From positions 43,648,001-43,712,000 of the forward strand of contig OZ024744.1 in assembly GCA_964016885.1 (NCBI GenBank): a DNA stretch of 64,000 nucleotides, written 5' to 3'. Positions 57,001 to 64,000 of this stretch are shown here, one piece after another; within the stretch, counting starts at the first letter, position 1, and the number at the start of each line of letters is the position of its first letter. The notes under the pieces are model-generated. The model saw only the letters and a program-made list of their open reading frames with translations. It did not search any database and was not told the origin of the DNA. This stretch comes from Eledone cirrhosa (Eukaryota). The translations under genes were made by a program, and so were the position numbers.

Positions 57001-60000
57001 AACCTAAACTCAACAACCACCACAGCTACACACCATCTTACAACAACAGCAGGAGCCAACACAACTATAAGAAACATCCAAACTTCAACAGCCATCACAA
57101 CTTCCGTAATCATTTTTTAGACACAGCACACAGACACAGGATTACAAGATAACACAAAACACACAGGAGACACAAAATACAATAAAAATTGTCAATTTAA
57201 CCTCCAAAGAATTAACAACAGACCAAATCAACATACTCTCCAAAGGTCTAAAATTTACACCAACTCCCCAACAACCAAACTACCCCTAAATGAAGGAAGA
57301 TATTGCAGAATTCTGTAGAAAACTAAGACTCAGCGAACAACTATGCAACAAATACAATGAGGATGACTCAATAGCCAGAAATAGAAGCAACTACACCCCA
57401 CCAAAAGGCAAGAACAAGTTCCTCGATCAATTCTGCGAACACATTACTAATTACCCATACCACCACCTACACAGACATAAACAAAAACCTAACCTAAGCA
57501 AAAAAGAATGGAATGGTCTTAACAGTCTAAAAAACGACAAAACCCTAACAATCAAAGAGGCAGATAAAGGGAGTGCAGTAGTCCTTATCTAGAAAACCAA
57601 ACATATTATGAAAAGGTCCAACACTACACACAACAGAAAATAATGAGAAACCTAAAATCCCTAACAACCCTTTACAAAGAAGGCCTTACAGACAAGGAAT
57701 ACAACTACATCACCAATTTCAAAAGCAGAACCAGCCTCTTCTACGGTATCCCAAAGACACACAAAAGCGAAGTAATAGGCAAGGCCTGCAAGCAAGCCAC
57801 AGACGTTTATATCAATATAGCCCCTCCTGACGACCTTAAATTAAGACCCATAATAGCATGCACCACATGTGAAACCCACCGCCTAAGCAACTTCCTAGAT
57901 ATTCTCCTTAAACATTTCCTAAAACATAAAAAGCTTCATAAGGGACGACCTTGACATGCTCAACCACCTCCCAACAACACTCAATAACGAACATACCCTA
58001 CTAGTAACCTTTGATGTCATCAATTTATATTCCACTATCCCACACAACCTAGGTATAGAGACAATACAATTCTGGATGGAAATTTTCCCTAGTGAACTCC
58101 CACAGCGCATCCCTAAAGAATTTGTGTTGGAGGGACTCAAATTCATCTTGGAAAACAATTTCTTCGAATTCAATGCCAAATACTACAGACAGAAATCTGG
58201 GACTGCCATGGGCACGAGAGTGGCCCCCTCATACGCCAACATTGTCATGGGATATTTGGAAACCACTGTCTACCGCAAAGTTCTAGACAAATACGGCAAC
58301 CACTTCTACTAACACATAGAAAAGAACTGGAAGAGATATCTGGACGACTGCTTCATCCTCTGGCATGAAAGTACAGATAGACTGTTTCAAACAGTCTATC
58401 TGTACTTTCATGCCACTTTCATACTTTCTGAATGGACTCAACACAAACTTACAATTCACAATGGATTACAGCCATGAACAACTCCCTTTCCGCGACATCT
58501 TCATCAAGAAAACAAGCAACAAAATAGAAACAGACATATACTACAAACCCACAGACTCCAAACAATACCTTGCATTCAACTCGTGCCACCCTAGACACAC
58601 CAAAATGGCAATTCCTTATAACCTAGCCAGAAGGATCTGCACAATAGTTTCAGATAAATACACAGGCTACACACGACTAGAAGAAATAAAAAACACACTT
58701 ATCAGCAGAAACTACCCACCATCCCTAATCACCAATGGATTCCAACGTGCCCTAAAACTAGACATCCAGGAACTCAGACACCCCAAACCCAGGAGTGAGC
58801 CGCAACAAAAAACTCTACCATACATCTCCACACACAACCCCCTCAACAATGAGGCATTCGATACCATCCTCCAGAACATTCCTTTACTAAAAAGAGACCC
58901 AAGAATGAACAATATCCTCCAAACACACAACATCATAAAGAGCAAAAGACAACCCAAATCCATAAAAAACATCCTCACACAAGCCAAAATCCAACAAACC
59001 TTCACAATAAACCCATCAGTAACAAAATGCGGAAGGCCCAACTGTGGCATATGCATAAATCTAATAGAAGGTTCAACATTCCATTTTAAACAAGGACAAC
59101 GTTTCACAGTTAAACACAACTTTACATGTGCATCTGAAAACCTTATCTATGTTTTGACTTGCTAGAGCACTATATAGGACAGACAAAAAACAGCCTCCGT
59201 CAAAGTATGACCGTCCATAAATCACAAATTAAAATACAGGAATACAGAAAGATTGCATTTAGTGAAAATATCGCCAATTGTGCTCTCAACCAACTTCCAA
59301 ACTTTAAAATTTTCTCCATTTACAAATTCATAGACAACGCTACTTTCATCCAACGCACCAATAAGGAAACACATTTCATTAATAAATTTCAACCACTACT
59401 CAATGCCCTGAAATTCGGACCTTTCTAAAACTGCAACAAACCATCAAACATTTACAAGAGTTACCTCCCTCACACCCTACCTAATCCTTTTTCTTAAATA
59501 AATTAAATATCACCCAGCAAGAATTGCTTCCCCTGCATATTAACTCTCTAAAAAGGGAAATCATATCAAACCACAGTCCACCATTTGCCCCCTTCACGGA
59601 ACCATGGTTCAACTAAACACTCTTGCGATATTAACACATTTTGAACTGCTTAACTTCAATGACTGTGCTTGTAAATAACATTAACTTTTCTTCCACATTG
59701 ACTTTTTACGTTCCACATTATGCACGTTTTTTTTTCCTTGTTCCTTTTCACTTTCACTTCTTAAACCTTGTTTGTATATAACATTATTCTTTCTGCACCT
59801 TCTGTTTAACATGTGCGACACCACACTAATACATTTCACTATCATTTGATAATGCATATAAATGCTGAAACCGGTAATAGACAATAATTAAATATATAAA
59901 TAGATAAATAAATGCCATCGTTAAATAATAAATAAATCATCTAAGACCTTAACACTTCACACAGAGTAAAACATTTCGTTTTAATCCTTTTCTAACCCAG

Positions 60001-60072
60001 AAAAGAGAGAGAGAGAGACAAAGTGAAGGAAAAAAAAATTTTTCTTCCTCATAATCGTCTCTTTCTCCCTGT

Positions 60073-60080
<8 letters not shown>
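53881..60080 (+). mobile_element. Penelope-like element D (Neptune-like) with ~2.3 kb inverted duplication of its 3' half
   Basis: Plus copy 56391-60080: LSKGLKFTPTP, EADKGS, YGIPKTHK, LRPII, GTAMG, YLDD, CGRPNCGIC, LIY...YIGQT. Arm 54060-56390 is the reverse complement of 57745-60080. Confidence 0.92.
56700..57115 (+). repeat. ~75-nt coding-like tandem repeat (Asn/Tyr/His-rich) in the PLE-D 5' region
   Basis: TPYYNNTSRGQYNHTRHPNHYNHHSY / TPYNSNNRIQYEHTRQPYYNYHQVY / TPYNNSSTQHNHTLQPNFNNHHNF... Confidence 0.75.
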
Positions 60081-60120
<40 letters not shown>

Positions 60121-60420
60121 TCATCATCATCATCATCATCACCGTTTATATATATATGTATATATATATATACACATTATATATATATATATATATGATC
60201 ATAGTTTTTAATTGAGTGGATTAAATTGTGGGTGGAATGGTTAACACTTGGTTAACATTTGTCAGGTAGACCAAGGGTGTGGGTTCGTGTCCTATGTACG
60301 GCACTGCTCATCCTTTTTCACATTCAGAGGGTTTTTTTTAAAATCCCAACTAACAGACGAACTTATATAGTCAAATACGGTGTAAGCACATGTTACTAAC
60401 TATTATATATATATAATAGT

Positions 60421-60630
60421 GGCGGTGGATTGGCAGTATCGGTAGAGGGTCGGATGCCATGCTTTCCAGCATAGTTACGTCCCTTTACGGTCTGAGTTCA
60501 AATCCCGCCGAGGTTGACTTTGCCTTTCATCCTTACGGGGTCGATAAAATAAAGTACCAGTAATGCACTGTTAAACACTGGGTAATTGCTGGGTAATTGC
60601 TGGCCTTGTGCCAAAAGTAGAAACAATTAT
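60421..60630 (+). mobile_element. tRNA-derived SINE with Nin/Deu-type core
   Basis: A box TGGCAGTATCGG, B box GAGTTCAAATCC, core gccgaggttgactttgcctttcatcc...ggtcgataaaataaagtaccag, TA tail. Confidence 0.85.
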
Positions 60631-60768
60631 ATATATATATATATATGTGTGTGTGTTATTAGCTGTTATATATATATAGAGAGAGAGAGATGAGAGTAAG
60701 AAAAGAAAGAAAAGTGGAAATATACGAGATAAATGATGTGTCGTTACTCAAAGTTATGGAAAAGATAA

Positions 60769-60799
<31 letters not shown>

Positions 60800-60811
60800 C
60801 ATAAACCTTAC

Positions 60812-60987
60812 CTCTACTATAGGTAGTTTCTCCCAAGAATCCATTAGAGAACTTCGATAAAAATGTGGACATGTCTCCTTCTCACAGCTGGCGTTTCCAA
60901 TATAGTGATATCGATCTACCGTTGCTTTGTAGGCAAATCCGAAGATGACAAAACTATATGATTTCAACATAAATGTTCTATACCAAC
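60812..60987 (-). CDS. Host gene exon (GWYRTFMLKSYSF...SCEKETCPHFYRSSLMDSWEKLPIVE)
   Basis: ttttttatacag acceptor, stop-free 176 nt (phase 1 to phase 0), GAG|GTAAGG donor; joins the 14691 exon in frame. Confidence 0.8.
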
Positions 60988-61639
60988 CTGTATAAAAAAT
61001 TGTCATGGAAAATGTATTTATTTATTAAGTATAATTGATATTCATATTTTTCAATTGTTAAAGTAAAAACATTAAAGTGATTAATTAGAAACCTTGCAAC
61101 ATGCTTATTAGATCCTTTTTCACATGGTTTTTAGTTTGATCTCACATTGCAATAATGTCAGGAAGTACCTTCTACGAAAACATCAAATCGACCCTAATAT
61201 TGTGAGGGAAATTGTGAAGACAGAAACTGTGTGGATGTTCACGGAGGAACCACTCCTAATCCTAATTAATTGGCTGGTTTAACACCACTGCCAGAAAACC
61301 CCAACTATTCCCTTTTAACTTTCAGAACATTGAAATAATTTTGTACAAAATGTCTCACAACAGAGCCGTTAATTCAAATGTTTATGCTATCTTTACTAGA
61401 GGACATATTCTTCTGAAAATTTGTAGTATCAAATATTTTAATTTTCCATGTGATGTAGTCATAGTGCTGTTTTCTACATTTTGACTAAAACAGTGTATAT
61501 ACATCATAAAGAGTAAAAATACATTACTATCTGGAATGGCAGGAAAAGGAAAAAAGCTGATCAATTCCTTGAGATTCTGGTCGATTTAGCAACAAACAGT
61601 ATATTAAAATATACAATAAACAAAAAAACTAATAGTCCA

Positions 61640-64000
61640 ATCAAAAAGTGTTTGAAAAAACTGAGTAAACCTTTTTTGCCATTGGCATCTTACACAGGGA
61701 AACCTCCTGTCCATCCAGGCCAGAAGAAGGCGGCGGGGTGATCCTCACGATGAATCGACCGATAGTCAGATCCTGTACATGAGAACATATCTGTTCGACA
61801 AAACTGCAGAAAACATTAATGCACGGACACTGGGCGAGTGTGTACAGAACGGCTTCATTGCTCAGCGCGCATCGTGGACAAGTCCGTCTAGCAGCACTTC
61901 CATGCCTATGGAATATGTTTCGAAACGGTAGAGTTCCCTGGTAGCGTTCCAAACCAGGGATTTCTAGTAATTGTCCATAGACTCCGGCTCAAAAGTTCTA
62001 ATTAATTCGAGTTCGTTGAGGCCCAAAATTTCTACGAGAATATCGTCTCACTTACCCATCACTAGTCCCCTATAGCACGCTAACGTGGAATTCTTTGATA
62101 CCACTTCGCACTCCATCAGAGTGATGCTGATAATCTCAATGTGTTTGATGTTCGACACAAATAACGTGATACAACCTTGAAAATGTACCCACAGAACTGG
62201 CAATCGTGCCATTTGCAGTAGACGTCTGACAGAGGTCAGCAGACATGACTTGGCATGTAGGCGTATAACACTTAGGGCAAACTATGCTTACACAATGACG
62301 TACCCCCCGGACAGTTATGTTGCCTCCCGTATCTTAGTGGTTGTTATTAGCTTTCCCAATACTCCGCCTCCATGGCTGAAAGCCAGGTAGGCTGTCAAGG
62401 TCCATTCTGTGATCCGGCCCACCACGGCTCCCGAACAGTGTTGCTGAAAATTCGCACAAATCTACTTGGGATTGAGTACCATGCGACCCTCATGTTGTTC
62501 CAAACACCGCATTCTGGCTCTTTTGCTACCTTGTGCCTCTGCTGCTCGAGTCTATTGAACGACTTTCGTCCTCTCCTGTCTAAGAGCCCATGTCCTCGTT
62601 AGCGATTTCTTGATGCCATTGCATTGAAAGATTGTTCAGGACGTAATCTCGTTAATAGCACGTGAGTTTTGTTACATTTCCTTAACGCTTCTTCTTGTTT
62701 TTTTAACTAGCTCACCCTCTAGTCTAGTTTCCGCAATCGTTTCTACTTTACTAAACCTAATCGATTGTACACTAATCGCCCTTTTTAGGGAAAACCACCA
62801 ATTGTTGTGAAAGCCTGCTTAATTAATTCACCAATCTATTGGCAGTCAAGAAATCCATTCGGTACCTGCCTGAGGCTTTTACACCCCTTTCTGCTACATC
62901 ATCACAGTCCAAAGCTGCGTCTAAGATACCGCTCCAATCGCGCACTAACACTAAAGAGAAATAAGTTTTGAGAAACGTCTCACGGAGCCTGGTGAAATCT
63001 AGATATTCGGCCCCTGTCGGGGTATAGACAAGCTTAAAGGCATACCGTTCACTGCTGGTCACATTTAGTACCACCATCTTACCTTCTGGGTCCTGGAAGT
63101 TTGTCCTTTTCGTGAGATCCAAGCCTTTCCGAAACAACAAGTGACTTATCCTCCAGATTCTGGACGGCTTGGAGATGTGTACACCTTGAAGCACCCATAA
63201 ATGAGTGCGAAGGCTCAAGCGGCGGAAATTTGGTGTCTTTTATGGTCACCACACTTATATTCAGTGACCTGGGGTCGTTGAATAGGTAGCCTTGTGTTTA
63301 TGACTCTATAATTTGTGAAGGTTGTGTCTTTTTGTTGGCTTAGTATTTACTGTTGTTGCGGAGGCTGGATGACGATGCTGGTGCTTGTGATATCTGTTGT
63401 TGTGTCAATTGTGGTGCTGATAGCGCTGTTGTTATCTCAACTGCTTTTGTTGTTGATGTTTCAGCTGTTGTTATTATTGTTATAGGTACAGTTGTTGTTG
63501 TTGGTACTGTTGATGCTGCATATTTTTCTCGGATAAAGGAAGCGGTGGGTCAATCTTCACAGTGGACTCATCTGATAGCCGGTTACGTCCCGTAACAGTA
63601 GGTGTTCGATGTAAATCTACATGTCAGCAATACATGGATACTGGACGATTGCATGCTGGACGGTTTCGTCACTCTGAGAGCAGCTCGGACAGTTGTGATT
63701 TTTAGCATGTTCTGTTCTTCCTCGTGTTGTTATTTTTAGTGTTGGTGTTGGTGTAGATGTTGGTGAGCTGATTGTGGCCACCGGTTGTTTTGATGACTTT
63801 CTCTTGAAATATTGATTTAGAATGCTGGGTGGGGGTGGTGTCTTTGTTTCCTTCGTTGCTTGTTATGGGCAGAAAGTCTTGAAGTGGGTTTTTGAATCAC
63901 GTGTGTGCACTTTGGACTTCTGTCCACAACGGTCAGGCGGAGGTGGGTTCCGTCCACATTGTCTATTATATCGAGTTTGGCTTCAGTATTTTCTCGATTC
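61640..64000 (-). mobile_element. Old, internally deleted relative of the L1/Tx1 LINE
   Basis: Remnants of ORF1 (DGTHLRLTVVDR), EN (LFRKGLDL...DPEGKMVVLNVTS, LVLVRDWSGILD) and zinc finger (TCPRCALSNEAVLY); RT core missing. Confidence 0.85.

Noticed and set aside
60225-60310. tRNA-like sequence
   Set aside because: Only loose A/B-box similarity and no cloverleaf; at most a decayed SINE head.
61382-61564. Possible upstream host exon with hydrophobic stretch
   Set aside because: An acceptor-like site is present, but there is no clear donor or phase match to 60987.

Overview
Eukaryotic, AT-rich, microsatellite-laden DNA. An octopus/cephalopod origin is inferred from the Nin/Deu-domain tRNA-SINE and the TE mix. 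The window is almost entirely retroelement-derived. It starts with two head-to-tail L1/Tx1-clade LINEs ending in (ATT)n (1-10177), and a decayed relative lies at the right end. A minus-strand host gene has two phase-compatible exons (60812-60987 and 14534-14691) separated by a ~46 kb intron. That intron holds about ten Penelope-like element (PLE; RT + GIY-YIG) copies or fragments, mostly bounded by (TA)n, plus RTE-derived repeats, a solo LTR, a MITE and SINEs. Several PLEs carry kilobase inverted copies of their own 3' tails. One forms an ~11 kb nested quasi-palindrome in which a second PLE family sits in the equivalent TA tract of both arms. At least 13 hammerhead-ribozyme (HHR) motifs were read by eye, including a U3-A8 core variant and a tandem 433-bp retrozyme-like dimer. 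Fold-back duplications occur from 27 bp to over 3 kb. All coordinates were counted by eye and TE ends are approximate. No database search was run.
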